From contig OZ006985.1 in NCBI GenBank assembly GCA_963931165.1, positions 1,365,643 through 1,429,642 on the forward strand: 64,000 nucleotides of DNA, read 5' to 3'. Position numbers and translations under genes: made by a program. The stretch's first letter is position 1, and each line of letters opens with the position of its first letter. Below the pieces are notes generated by a model. The model was not told the origin of the DNA. It was given only the letters and a program-made list of their open reading frames with translations, and did no database searches. Below, in pieces: positions 39,106 through 48,697 of this stretch. This DNA comes from an uncultured Christensenellaceae bacterium. GTDB lineage: Bacteria; Bacillota; Clostridia; Christensenellales; UBA3700.

Positions 39106-40229
39106 GCGGAAAGAGCCGCGCGTTCGGGTGCGCGCCGCTCGTCGCGATCGCCGTCGGATTGTCCCTCTTCGGTCTGCTGATGCAGTATTCGGCGAGCGGT
39201 TACGCGGCGCTGACTCGATACGGCGACGAATTTTTCTATCTCAAAAAACAGTCGGTCGCTTTGGTCGCGGCGGTCGTGTGCATGTTGTTTTTTTCTCGCG
39301 TCGAACCGCGCCTGCTCGCCAAGCTGTCGCCCGTCTTCCTCGTCGTCTCGATAGGTCTGCTTGCCGCGCTCTTCATCCCGGGGCTGGGTGTGGAGATGTA
39401 CGGCGCGACGCGTTGGCTCGATCTCGGTATAGGCACCGTTCAGCCCTCGGAGTTTGCGAAATTCGCGCTCGTGCTTTTCATGGCGTCGGTGCTGGCTGAA
39501 AAGAGGGAGATAGGCTTCGGACGATTCGCGTTATGCGCGTTCGCCGCCGCGTCGGTGTGCGTGCTCATCATGCTCGAACCCAACATGTCCATCGCGGTAC
39601 TTGTCGCGCTTGTCGCGATGTTCATGCTGTTCGTATGCGGCGTCAGACTCAAATGGTTTGCCGCGCTGTCCGTCCCTGCGGTCGCAGGAGCGGTGCTGCT
39701 GATCGTCGCCGAACCCTATCGTCTCAAACGTCTTCTCGCGTTCCTCGATCCGTGGGCGTCGCCGCTCGGCGAGGGCTATCAGCTGATACAGTCCTATTAT
39801 GCGCTCGGTTCGGGCGGGATGTTCGGAGTGGGGCTCTTCAACAGCCGCCAAAAGTATCTCTTTTTGCCGTTTGCCGAGAGCGACTTTGTGTTCTCTGTCG
39901 TCGGCGAGGAGCTGGGCTTTGTCGGCTGCGTCGCGGTGATCGCGGCGTTCTGCGCGCTGATTTGGTACGGTTTTCGCACCGCGTCGCGCGCCGAGGACGC
40001 GTTTTCGGCGTTCGCCGCCGCCGGGCTGACCTCGGTGATCGCCTTTCAGACATTGCTCAACATCGCCGTCGTCACGGGCAGCATACCGCCGACGGGGCTT
40101 CCGATGCCCTTTCTCGGATACGGCGGCAGTTCGCTGGTCACGTTCTGTTCGGCGGTGGGGATGATCGACTCGATCGCCCGACGCGCGCCCGAACGGCTTT
40201 GCCCCGTCCCGATCCGCGCCGTCGGCTGA
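39096..40229 (+). CDS. SEDS glycosyltransferase FtsW/SpoVE family
   Basis: TTG start after GGTGAGG. 10-TM pattern: QPSEFAKFALVLF, LPFAESDFVFSVVGEELG, PMPFLGYGGSS. Confidence 0.9.
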   Translation: MRLSGKSRAFGCAPLVAIAVGLSLFGLLMQYSASGYAALTRYGDEFFYLKKQSVALVAAVVCMLFFSRVEPRLLAKLSPVFLVVSIGLLAALFIPGLGVEMYGATRWLDLGIGTVQPSEFAKFALVLFMASVLAEKREIGFGRFALCAFAAASVCVLIMLEPNMSIAVLVALVAMFMLFVCGVRLKWFAALSVPAVAGAVLLIVAEPYRLKRLLAFLDPWASPLGEGYQLIQSYYALGSGGMFGVGLFNSRQKYLFLPFAESDFVFSVVGEELGFVGCVAVIAAFCALIWYGFRTASRAEDAFSAFAAAGLTSVIAFQTLLNIAVVTGSIPPTGLPMPFLGYGGSSLVTFCSAVGMIDSIARRAPERLCPVPIRAVG

Positions 40230-40296
40230 GCGCGAATTTTCGCCGTTCGGCATACATTGTATTAGTGATTCGTCCCTCGGACGACAGGAGACAACG

Positions 40297-41547
40297 ATGG
40301 GGAAATACATAATAGAGGGAGGGCGCGAACTCTACGGTTCGCTGACAATAAAGGGCGCGAAAAACTCTGTGTTGACGCTGCTTGCGGCGTCAATTCTGAC
40401 GCCCGAAAAAGTGGTGTTGCACGGCTGTCCCGACATCGGAGACGTCGCGGTGATGCTGCGCATATTGCGCAAGCTCGGCTGCAAGGTCGAGAGGACGGGC
40501 GACATCGTCGAGATAGACAGCTCGGGGCTTCACTCGTACAAGATCGCCTGCGATCCGGCAAAGGAATTGCGCTCGTCGGTGTTCATGCTCGGGTCGCTTT
40601 TGTCGCGGCTCAAACGCGCCAAGGCGGTCTACCCGGGCGGCTGCGACATAGGTTTGCGACCGATCGACATACACCTTGCCGGGCTGCGCGAGCTCGGCGT
40701 AACGGTCGGGGAGAGGCACGGGCACATCGACTGCGACGGCACAAACGCCGAGCCTGCGGACATAATGCTCGATCTGCCAAGCGTGGGCGCGACCGAAAAT
40801 CTGATGATGGCGTGCGTGTTTTTGAACGGCGTCAGCATCTTGCGCAACTGTGCCAAAGAGCCCGAGATCGTCGACCTTCAAAATTTTCTCAATGCGATGG
40901 GCGCAAAGGTGCGCGGCGCGGGCGGCAGCGTGATCACCGTCGAAGGGGTGAAGAGGCTGCACGGCGTGGAATACACGCCGATACCGGACAGGATCGTCGC
41001 GGGGACATGGGCGATAGGCGCGGTGATGTGCGGAGGCAAGCTGACCTTGGAGAACGTCATTCCCGAGCATCTCTCGTCCCTTCTCGCCAAATTGCCCAAA
41101 AGCAGTTGCAAAATATACCCGCGCGATGGTAAAATAACAATCGAGAGCAAGGGCAGACCCCGCGCAGTCCCCAAGACGGAGACCATGTACTATCCGGGGT
41201 TCCCGACAGACTTGCAGGCGCAAATGACCGCACTTCAATCCGTCTCGGACGGGACGGCGGTGATCGTCGAGAACATCTTCGAGACGCGGTTCCGTTCCGC
41301 AGTCGAGCTTTGCAAGATGGGCGCAAACATCACCGTTTCGGGCAACACCGCGGTGGTCAGAGGGGTGCCCGAGCTGTACGGTTCGCGCGTCGTCGCGACC
41401 GATCTCAGAGGAGGAGCTTCGCTCGTGCTCGCCGCGGCTGCGGCTGTGGGCAGGAGCGAGATCGACGAAATACATCACATCGACAGAGGTTACGAAGACC
41501 TCGCGGCGATCCTGCCGCAAGTCGGTGTGGACATCAAGAGAGAGTGA
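40297..41547 (+). CDS. murA: UDP-N-acetylglucosamine 1-carboxyvinyltransferase
   Basis: GAKNSVLTLLAASIL, PGGCDIGLRPIDIHL (active-site Cys), YPGFPTDLQAQ. Confidence 0.9.
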   Translation: MGKYIIEGGRELYGSLTIKGAKNSVLTLLAASILTPEKVVLHGCPDIGDVAVMLRILRKLGCKVERTGDIVEIDSSGLHSYKIACDPAKELRSSVFMLGSLLSRLKRAKAVYPGGCDIGLRPIDIHLAGLRELGVTVGERHGHIDCDGTNAEPADIMLDLPSVGATENLMMACVFLNGVSILRNCAKEPEIVDLQNFLNAMGAKVRGAGGSVITVEGVKRLHGVEYTPIPDRIVAGTWAIGAVMCGGKLTLENVIPEHLSSLLAKLPKSSCKIYPRDGKITIESKGRPRAVPKTETMYYPGFPTDLQAQMTALQSVSDGTAVIVENIFETRFRSAVELCKMGANITVSGNTAVVRGVPELYGSRVVATDLRGGASLVLAAAAAVGRSEIDEIHHIDRGYEDLAAILPQVGVDIKRE

Positions 41548-41551
41548 AGTT

Positions 41552-42340
41552 ATGAACAAAAGGCTTGTCATCATGTTTTCCGCGATCGCGGCGGTCATTG
41601 TGATCGTCGTGGTCTGTTGCGTGCTCTTCATGGTCGGCTCGGTCGGGGTAGAGACGGTGATAGGGCTGGAGCTTACGGACGAACAGGAGGCGGGCGTGAT
41701 CGCCGTCTCGGGCATAAGCAAGGGACAGAGCGTGTTCTCGGTCGACGAGAGCGCCTCGGCAAGCGCGATCGAAAAGGCATATCCAACGCTCGCGGTCGTA
41801 ACGATCGAGCGCATTTTTCCCAACAAGGTGGACATCAAGATCGCCTCGCGCACCGGCGTCGTCGCGGTCGCGATAGAGGACGCCGACTACTACGCGGTCG
41901 TCGACCGCGACCTCAAGATCGTCGGCTTTGCCCAAGCCGACGAGTTGGACTCAAGATCGCTCTCGTTGCTCGAAGGCTACGCGGTTTCGGGCAGCGACGA
42001 ACAGCTGCTCGGCGCGTTCCTCGACCGCAAGAGCGCGGGCTGGCTCTACGAGGTCATCGACGGGGCGGAGCAGTGCCGTCTGACAGGAGTCAGATTGGGC
42101 GAGTTCGCGCCGCGCATCGTCTATGCCCGCGCCGAAGAAGGGCAGGGGGACGGTCATGTCACCGTGGTCACGGTGTCGGGGTGCGATCTTGTCTTGCCTC
42201 TCGGCGGCGACGTTTCCGAGCATTTTGTCGGCGCATATTCCGCGCTGGACGCGCGCTTTACTCACGAGGGCGGACCTCTCGACACAGACGGCACGCTGCG
42301 GCTCGGCGAGGACGGATGGGTGTTCACGCCGGCAGCGTGA
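41552..42340 (+). CDS. ftsQ: cell division protein FtsQ/DivIB
   Basis: Start ATG 41552. N-terminal TM, then a POTRA-like region (ISKGQSVFSVDESASASAIEKAYP...ERIFPNKVDIKI). Confidence 0.75.
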   Translation: MNKRLVIMFSAIAAVIVIVVVCCVLFMVGSVGVETVIGLELTDEQEAGVIAVSGISKGQSVFSVDESASASAIEKAYPTLAVVTIERIFPNKVDIKIASRTGVVAVAIEDADYYAVVDRDLKIVGFAQADELDSRSLSLLEGYAVSGSDEQLLGAFLDRKSAGWLYEVIDGAEQCRLTGVRLGEFAPRIVYARAEEGQGDGHVTVVTVSGCDLVLPLGGDVSEHFVGAYSALDARFTHEGGPLDTDGTLRLGEDGWVFTPAA

Positions 42341-42436
42341 GCGCCGCACAAAACCTCTTTTCACGATCCGTTCGTCGCACGGGCGCAACATATGCGCATA
42401 TGCGCATAATAAATATTAAAATATTTAATTAAATTA

Positions 42437-42465
42437 TTGACATTTTGTCGCGGCTTCTTTATAAT
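42437..42465 (+). promoter_or_regulatory. sigma-A promoter giving a leaderless ftsA-like transcript
   Basis: AT-rich UP-like tract, -35 TTGACA (42437-42442), 17 nt, -10 TATAAT (42460-42465), 6 nt, ATG 42472. No SD. Confidence 0.6.
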
Positions 42466-42471
42466 TGAACT

Positions 42472-43593
42472 ATGAAGGAAATTTGGGTCCTCGACATCGG
42501 GTCGGGCAAGCTGACGTTTCTGTCCGGCAAAAAGACCGTTTCGGGACTGTATTCGGTCTCGAGTCTCGTCTGTGAAGACTATGACGGTTTTTACGGCGGG
42601 GAGTGGCTTTCGCCCCAAACTTTGGCGGAAGACATCGCCAATGTCATGCCCGTCGGGGGCAGGCGTCCGTCGACGCTTTATGTCGGCGTGCCGGGCGACT
42701 TTCTTCATTTTCGCAACAACACCGTACGTCTGCGTTTCGACGCGGTGAGGACGGTGACCCGCGGCGACGCGGACGCGCTGTGCGCAAAGGGCAACATCTA
42801 CGGCGCGGACAGGCTTCGCACCGTGATCGCTTCGGCGATGTGCGGATGCCGTCTGGACGGCGGGGAGTTCGTCGCCGATCCGGTCGGCAGGCAGTCGTCG
42901 TCCGTCGAGTCGGACGTGACCTACATCCTCTGCGACGCGGAGTTTTGCGAAAAGGTGACGGCGGCGCTTGCGCCGTACGGGTTCAAGAACGTGTGTTTCG
43001 TCTCGTCCTTTTGGGCGGAGTGCACGACGATGATCGACCGATTTGCGCGCTCACGCGGCGCGGTCGCGGTCGACGTGGGCTATGCGTCGACGTCCGCGGC
43101 GTTCGTGTTGGGCGACGGCTTTGACGGCGAGACGACGATGGAGACGGGCTATGCTACGATCGTCGGGGCGCTGATCGAGAGGTTTTCGCTCGACGCCGAC
43201 GAGGCGGAGCGGCTGATCGAAGAGGTCAACCTCGGCTACGGCGACGACGAGACCTACATGCTCGACGCGCACGACGGGGTGCTGTCCTTCCCGGCAGGCG
43301 CGGTACACGACGCGGTGAGGGGAGAATTGGACAAGATCGCGGCGGTGATCGACTCGCTCAAAGACGGTCGCGACGCGGAGATATACGTCACGGGCGGAGG
43401 GCTGAGCCGCGTCAAGGGCGCGCTCGCCTACATAGGCGGCGCATTCGACTCGGGTCCGCAGATGTTCGCACCGAGCGTACCGATGTATTCCAAGCCTTGG
43501 CTCACATCGGCGTTCGGCACGTTTGACGCGGCGTACAAGACCGAGAGGGGCAACACTCTTCTCGGCAGACTACTCGATAAGATACGGAGGTAA
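42472..43593 (+). CDS. ftsA: FtsA-like actin-fold cell division protein
   Basis: Position between ftsQ and ftsZ. IWVLDIGSGK phosphate-1 motif, VTGGGL, C-terminal amphipathic LLGRLLDKIRR. Shorter (373 aa) than typical FtsA. Confidence 0.7.
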   Translation: MKEIWVLDIGSGKLTFLSGKKTVSGLYSVSSLVCEDYDGFYGGEWLSPQTLAEDIANVMPVGGRRPSTLYVGVPGDFLHFRNNTVRLRFDAVRTVTRGDADALCAKGNIYGADRLRTVIASAMCGCRLDGGEFVADPVGRQSSSVESDVTYILCDAEFCEKVTAALAPYGFKNVCFVSSFWAECTTMIDRFARSRGAVAVDVGYASTSAAFVLGDGFDGETTMETGYATIVGALIERFSLDADEAERLIEEVNLGYGDDETYMLDAHDGVLSFPAGAVHDAVRGELDKIAAVIDSLKDGRDAEIYVTGGGLSRVKGALAYIGGAFDSGPQMFAPSVPMYSKPWLTSAFGTFDAAYKTERGNTLLGRLLDKIRR

Positions 43594-43599
43594 ACAGAT

Positions 43600-44997
43600 A
43601 TGCCGGACAACATTACCGGAGCAGCAAAGATCAAGGTCCTCGGCGTGGGCGGAGGCGGCAACAACGCCGTCAACAGGATGATAGACGCGGGGATAGAGAG
43701 CGCGGAGTTCGTCGCGATCAACACCGACATCCAGGCGCTCACTCTTTCGAAGGCTCCCAAAAAGATACAGATAGGCGCAAAGGTCACCGGAGGGCTCGGC
43801 GCAGGCGCGCAGCCCGAGATCGGCATGAAAGCCGCGGAGGAGTCTCTCCCCGAGCTTCGCAAAGAGCTTGAAGGCGTCGACCTCTTGTTCATCGCCGCCG
43901 GTATGGGCGGTGGTACGGGCACGGGCGCCGCGCCGGTGATCGCCAAACTTGCGCGCGATCTCGACATCCTGACGATAGCCGTCGTGACCAAGCCGTTCCC
44001 GTTCGAACACCACAACCGTATGGCGAACGCGATCGACGGCATCAACAAACTTCGCAACTATGTCGACACCTTGCTTGTCGTCCCCAACGCCAAGCTGCTC
44101 GAGGTCCTGCCTCCGCGCACCTCGGTCGTCGAGTCGTTCAAGAGGGCGGACGACGTCCTCTGCCAGGCGGTGCAGAGCCTCAGCAACCTGATCGCCGTGC
44201 CGTCGCTGATCAATCTCGACTTTGCCGACGTGCGCACGACGATGCGGCGCAAAGGTCTCGCGCACATCGGACTCGGCGTGGGCGAAGGCGAGGCGAAGAT
44301 GATGGATGCGGTCCGCGCCGCGATCCAAAGCCCGCTCTTGGCGACGACGATCGCCGGGGCGACGGACGTCATCATCAACGTTGCGGGCGGCGACGATCTC
44401 GCGATCGACGAAGTGGACGAGGCTGTCAGCCGCGTCAAGGACGTCATTTCGCCCACCGGCAACGTCATTTTCGGCGTCGCTTACGACAAAGAGCTCACCA
44501 ACACCGCCGTGGTCACTCTGATCGCGACCGGTTTTGACGACACACAGCAGGATCTCGCCGAGGGCGAACCCGCACCCATGCGCGAGCACGAGGCTCCGCG
44601 CGGCAGCGTCAACGACATTTTCGGACGCGGCGACGACCGCCGTCCCGCCGACTTCAACAACGGTCTCGGGGCGTCCAATCCCGTGCTCGACGACTACAAC
44701 CGCCGCAACAACGCCGCGGTGGACGCGCTCTACGGCAGACCCAAGGCTCAGGAAAAGCCGCAGCAGCCTGCGCAAAACGACAGATATTCCGACCGCGGTT
44801 ACGGCGACAGACCCGTCAGAGGTTACGAGGAAAGAGACGCGCAGTGGCAGAACAGAAGCTACGATCAAGGTTACGACCGCCGTCCCGCCGAGCGCACCAA
44901 CGACTATGACAGACCGGCTCAGCCGCCCAAGGACGACAAGCCGGACAGGACGCCTGCGTTCCTGCGCATGCTTCAAAACAGACGCAACAACAAGTGA
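43600..44997 (+). CDS. ftsZ: cell division GTPase FtsZ with long R/D/Y-rich C-terminal linker
   Basis: GVGGGGNNAVN, GGGTGTGAAP, NLDFADV. C-terminal peptide TPAFLRML. Confidence 0.97.
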   Translation: MPDNITGAAKIKVLGVGGGGNNAVNRMIDAGIESAEFVAINTDIQALTLSKAPKKIQIGAKVTGGLGAGAQPEIGMKAAEESLPELRKELEGVDLLFIAAGMGGGTGTGAAPVIAKLARDLDILTIAVVTKPFPFEHHNRMANAIDGINKLRNYVDTLLVVPNAKLLEVLPPRTSVVESFKRADDVLCQAVQSLSNLIAVPSLINLDFADVRTTMRRKGLAHIGLGVGEGEAKMMDAVRAAIQSPLLATTIAGATDVIINVAGGDDLAIDEVDEAVSRVKDVISPTGNVIFGVAYDKELTNTAVVTLIATGFDDTQQDLAEGEPAPMREHEAPRGSVNDIFGRGDDRRPADFNNGLGASNPVLDDYNRRNNAAVDALYGRPKAQEKPQQPAQNDRYSDRGYGDRPVRGYEERDAQWQNRSYDQGYDRRPAERTNDYDRPAQPPKDDKPDRTPAFLRMLQNRRNNK

Positions 44998-45012
44998 TCG
45001 TTCAACGACATT

Positions 45013-45039
45013 CGGACGGCTTCGCGCCGTCCGTTTTTT
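45013..45039 (+). terminator. terminator after ftsZ
   Basis: CGGACGGC-TTCGC-GCCGTCCG followed by T6. Confidence 0.8.
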
Positions 45040-45100
45040 ATGCCGATTTTTCGTGTCGGCGACATTTTTCGACGCCAAAGAGAAAGGATCCGCGCGGCGG

Positions 45101-45874
45101 ATGCGCTATCATTGCGGTATGTACGGATTTGCGGAATTTCACATCCTGTCCGCGGCATTCGCGGCGGTGTTTGCGGGCGGGACTGCGGCGCGTCTCTTCG
45201 GAGGTAGGACGGTCGAGGGTGCGGCGGCATTTTCGGTTGCAGTCACCCTGTTGAGGACGGTCGAGGTCGTGTTTGCGCCGCGTGCGATGGCGCTTGCATA
45301 CGCCGCTGCGGTCGCGATCGCGGCTCTCGTTGTCGCAAGGCGGGGAAGACCGCGCGCATTCGTCGGAGCAGCGGCGGCGATCGCCTTGACATTCGCTGCG
45401 GCGGCATGTCTCGACGAGTTTGCCGCGCAGGCATCGGGGCGGTACTATCCCGTCGTTTCGCTCGTTGAGGCGCCGCTGTTTGCGGCGGCGCATCTTCTCA
45501 TCCGAGCAGCGGCGGCGAGGGCGCTCTCGTGCAGGGTCAAGCGCGCATACGGCGCGTCGGTCGAACTGACGGTCGGCGAAAAGAGTGTGGAGGCTGCGGC
45601 GTTTTGGGACAGCGGCAACACCTTGACATTCCGCGGCACATCGCCCGTCGTGGTCATAGACGGCAGGGTCGCGGAAGTCCTCGACGGCGCGAGGGTCGCG
45701 GGCGTGATGACCGTCGCAGGCGCATGCGGCGCACGCGGAGCGGTCGCGTACTATCTCGACCGACTCAAAGTGCGCGACAGTGACGGAGAGCGCGCCTACG
45801 CCGACGTCGTTGCCGTCTCGGTCGACAGAGACTTCGACGGTTTCGACGTATTGCTCAATTGCGGACTCAGCTAG
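45101..45874 (+). CDS. spoIIGA: sigma-E processing peptidase SpoIIGA
   Basis: Multi-TM N-terminal half, then AAFWDSGNTL (D-S/T-G-N aspartic protease motif); directly upstream of sigE. Start uncertain (45101 or 45119). Confidence 0.8.
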   Translation: MRYHCGMYGFAEFHILSAAFAAVFAGGTAARLFGGRTVEGAAAFSVAVTLLRTVEVVFAPRAMALAYAAAVAIAALVVARRGRPRAFVGAAAAIALTFAAAACLDEFAAQASGRYYPVVSLVEAPLFAAAHLLIRAAAARALSCRVKRAYGASVELTVGEKSVEAAAFWDSGNTLTFRGTSPVVVIDGRVAEVLDGARVAGVMTVAGACGARGAVAYYLDRLKVRDSDGERAYADVVAVSVDRDFDGFDVLLNCGLS

Positions 45875-45883
45875 GAGGTATCG

Positions 45884-46588
45884 ATGTTCGAGAGATTCAA
45901 AATTTGGCTCAAAAGACTGCTCGGGCTTGCCGACCGCGGCGAAGTCGACTATCTGACCGGCGCCGATTCGCTGCCCGGACCGCTTTCGGCGGAGCGAGAG
46001 GCGGAACTGACGGCGCGGCTCGCCGACGGAGACGTCGAGGCTCGCAACGAGCTGATCGAACACAACCTGCGTCTCGTGATCTACATCGCCAAAAAGTTCG
46101 ATTCGTCGGGCGTGGACATGGACGATCTGATCTCGGTGGGGACGATAGGGCTGATCAAGGCGGTCAAGTCATTCGACGGTTCCAAAAAGATCAAGCTCGC
46201 GACCTACGCGAGCCGCTGCATCGAGAACGAGATATTGATGCAGCTGCGCAAGAGCGTGCGCACCAAGGCGGAGATGTCGCTCGACGAGCCGCTCAACGTC
46301 GATTGGGAGGGCAACGTATTGCTACTGTCCGACGTTTTGGGGACCGAGAGCGACACCGTGGGGCGCGATCTTGAAAGGGACGAAGAGAAGAGCTTGCTGA
46401 TGCAGTGCCTTCAAAACCTCGATCCGCGCGAAAAGCAGATCATCAAGATGCGATTCGGCGTGATGGGCGCGGCGCGCAAGACGCAAAAGGAGATCGCCGA
46501 CATCATGGGCATTTCGCAGTCGTACATCTCGCGGCTCGAAAAGAAGGTGATGACCAAGCTCAAACGCGATTTCGACGACAGAAGTTGA
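45884..46588 (+). CDS. sigE: RNA polymerase sporulation sigma factor E (pro-sigma-E)
   Basis: Pro-sequence MFERFKIWLKRLLGL..YLTGADSLPGPLS, then HNLRLVIYIAKKF, TYASRCIENEILMQLRK, GISQSYISRLEKK. Confidence 0.93.
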   Translation: MFERFKIWLKRLLGLADRGEVDYLTGADSLPGPLSAEREAELTARLADGDVEARNELIEHNLRLVIYIAKKFDSSGVDMDDLISVGTIGLIKAVKSFDGSKKIKLATYASRCIENEILMQLRKSVRTKAEMSLDEPLNVDWEGNVLLLSDVLGTESDTVGRDLERDEEKSLLMQCLQNLDPREKQIIKMRFGVMGAARKTQKEIADIMGISQSYISRLEKKVMTKLKRDFDDRS

Positions 46589-46598
46589 CTCAAAGCGG

Positions 46599-46627
46599 TT
46601 GCGCTTTTCGCCGCGATTTAGTAATAT
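46599..46627 (+). promoter_or_regulatory. sigma-A promoter giving a leaderless surE transcript
   Basis: -35 TTGCGC (46599-46604), 17 nt, -10 TAATAT (46622-46627), 6 nt, ATG 46634. No SD. Confidence 0.5.
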
Positions 46628-46633
46628 TGACTT

Positions 46634-47374
46634 ATGAAGATATTACTTGTCAACGACGACGGCGTGAGCGCGCCCGGTCTGCACGCGCTGGCGGACGCGC
46701 TCTGCGCCGATCACGAGCTGTACATCGTCGCGCCGTCTTACGAGAGGTCGGGGTGCGGGCACAGCCTCACTTTTCACGAACCGCTCAACTTCAAGCCCGT
46801 CGCTTCGGACGACGGCAGATTGATATATTCGCTCGACGGCACGCCGGCGGACTGCGTCAAATTCGGCATCGACGTCATTCTCGGTTTCAAGCCCGATCTC
46901 GTCATCAGCGGCATCAACAACACCTGCAACATAGGCACCGACATCGTCTATTCGGGCACGGTCAACGCCGCGCTCGAAGCGTGTCTGCACAAGGTCAAGG
47001 CGATCGCCGTGTCCTATGAGAACAAGGACAACGACTACGCCTATGTCGCCAAGTTTGTCGCGCGCAACGTCTCGCTTTTGGCGGACATGCTGCCCGGCGA
47101 CTGCAACACTATCTTCAACATCAATTTCCCTTGTCCGCAGAGCGAGCTCAAAGGGGTCAGGATCGCTCGCACCGGCGACAGGTTCTATTTGGACGAATAT
47201 CAATATGTGCCCGACAAGGGCTACTTCATCACCGGTCATCCCGTGCCTGCCGAGGGCAACGATCCCGAAACCGACGTCGTGCTCTGCGAGCAGGGCTGGG
47301 CGACCGTCTCTCCCGTGAGGGTCTATCTCAACGACGACGCGCTTTGGTCGCGCCTCAAAGAGGTGCGGTTTTGA
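46634..47374 (+). CDS. surE: 5'/3'-nucleotidase SurE
   Basis: MKILLVNDDGVSAPGL, SGINNTCNIGTDIVYSGTV. Confidence 0.93.
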   Translation: MKILLVNDDGVSAPGLHALADALCADHELYIVAPSYERSGCGHSLTFHEPLNFKPVASDDGRLIYSLDGTPADCVKFGIDVILGFKPDLVISGINNTCNIGTDIVYSGTVNAALEACLHKVKAIAVSYENKDNDYAYVAKFVARNVSLLADMLPGDCNTIFNINFPCPQSELKGVRIARTGDRFYLDEYQYVPDKGYFITGHPVPAEGNDPETDVVLCEQGWATVSPVRVYLNDDALWSRLKEVRF

Positions 47375-48615
47375 GAGCGGTCGTCATCGGCGCGGGGGCG
47401 TCCGGGCTGATGTGCGCGGCGCTGCTTGCGCGCGGCGGAGCGGACGTGACAGTGATCGAGCGCAATTCCAAGGCGGGCAAAAAGCTGTTCATCACCGGCA
47501 AGGGCAGGTGCAACCTGACCAACGACTGCGACGTGTCGGAGTGGCTTGCTTCGACCGTCAACGGCGCAAAATTTTTGTATTCCGCCGCGCATGCATTTCC
47601 GCCGTCCGCGGTCAAGGACTACTTCGAGTCGATAGGATTGCGGCTCAAAACCGAGCGCGGCAAGCGCGTCTTTCCGTGTTCGGACAAGTCGTCCGACGTC
47701 ATCAAGGCGCTCGTTCGCGACTGTGAGAGGGGCGGCGTAAAATTTTTGTTCGACAAGCGCGTGACCGCGATCGAGACCGACGGCGGCAGGGCGGTCGGAG
47801 TGCGCGCAGGTCAAGAGCTTTATTTTGCCGACGCGGTGGTGGTCGCGACCGGCGGCGTCACCTATCCCTCAACGGGCAGTACCGGCGACGGCTGCGCCTT
47901 TGCGCGCTCATTGGATCTCAAAGTGGTTGACCCAAAGCCTTCGCTCGTTCCGCTGCGGACGAATGGGACGGGCTCGCTTAGCGGACTTGCGCTCAAAAAC
48001 GTGCGTTTTGACGTCGAGATAGGCGGCAAGGTCGTCGCGTCCGAGTTCGGCGAAATGCAGTTCGAGCGCGGCGCAGTGACAGGACCGATAGTGCTGACGT
48101 GTTCGGCGCTGACGTGCAAATACCGCGACAAGAACGGGCTTTTCCCGGGCGGGAGCAAGGGGATCGTCGACTTCAAACCGGCGCTCGATGAGGCGACTCT
48201 CGACGCGCGGCTGCTGCGCGAATTTTCCTCCGCGCCGACGGCAAAACTCAAAGTCGTGGCGCAGAAATTGCTGCCGTCCGCGGCGGTTTCGGCGGTTCTC
48301 GAATGCGCCCGAGCGGACGGCGAAAAGAGGGCGTCCGACGTCGACAAGGCGACGCGCAGACGCATCGTCGCCGCGCTCAAAAACTTTGACTTTTCCGTTG
48401 TCGGCGCCGAGGGCGCGGAACAGGCGATCGTCACCTCGGGAGGGGTGGCGACGGGCGAGCTCGACCCCAAGACTATGCAATGCAAAAAGGTGGGCGGACT
48501 GTATTTTGTCGGCGAGGTCATAGACGTCGACTCGTTGACCGGCGGTTTTAACCTTCAAAACGCGTGGGCTACCGCGGCGTCGGCGGCGCGTGCGATTTGC
48601 GAAAAGCGCGGATAA
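47371..48615 (+). CDS. FAD-dependent oxidoreductase, HI0933/BaiN-like family
   Basis: TTG start overlapping the surE stop (TTGA), AGAGG RBS. VVIGAGASGLMCA, ITGKGRCNLTN, C-terminal GGFNLQ. Confidence 0.8.
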   Translation: MRAVVIGAGASGLMCAALLARGGADVTVIERNSKAGKKLFITGKGRCNLTNDCDVSEWLASTVNGAKFLYSAAHAFPPSAVKDYFESIGLRLKTERGKRVFPCSDKSSDVIKALVRDCERGGVKFLFDKRVTAIETDGGRAVGVRAGQELYFADAVVVATGGVTYPSTGSTGDGCAFARSLDLKVVDPKPSLVPLRTNGTGSLSGLALKNVRFDVEIGGKVVASEFGEMQFERGAVTGPIVLTCSALTCKYRDKNGLFPGGSKGIVDFKPALDEATLDARLLREFSSAPTAKLKVVAQKLLPSAAVSAVLECARADGEKRASDVDKATRRRIVAALKNFDFSVVGAEGAEQAIVTSGGVATGELDPKTMQCKKVGGLYFVGEVIDVDSLTGGFNLQNAWATAASAARAICEKRG

Positions 48616-48629
48616 CATGCTCTCAAAAC

Positions 48630-48658
48630 TTGATTTTGGGGCGCGTCGCGTGTATAAT
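48630..48658 (+). promoter_or_regulatory. sigma-A promoter upstream of cmk
   Basis: -35 TTGATT (48630-48635), 17 nt, -10 TATAAT (48653-48658). Confidence 0.6.
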
Positions 48659-48697
48659 AGTTGATATAAATAAATTATTACGACTTCGGAGATACTC

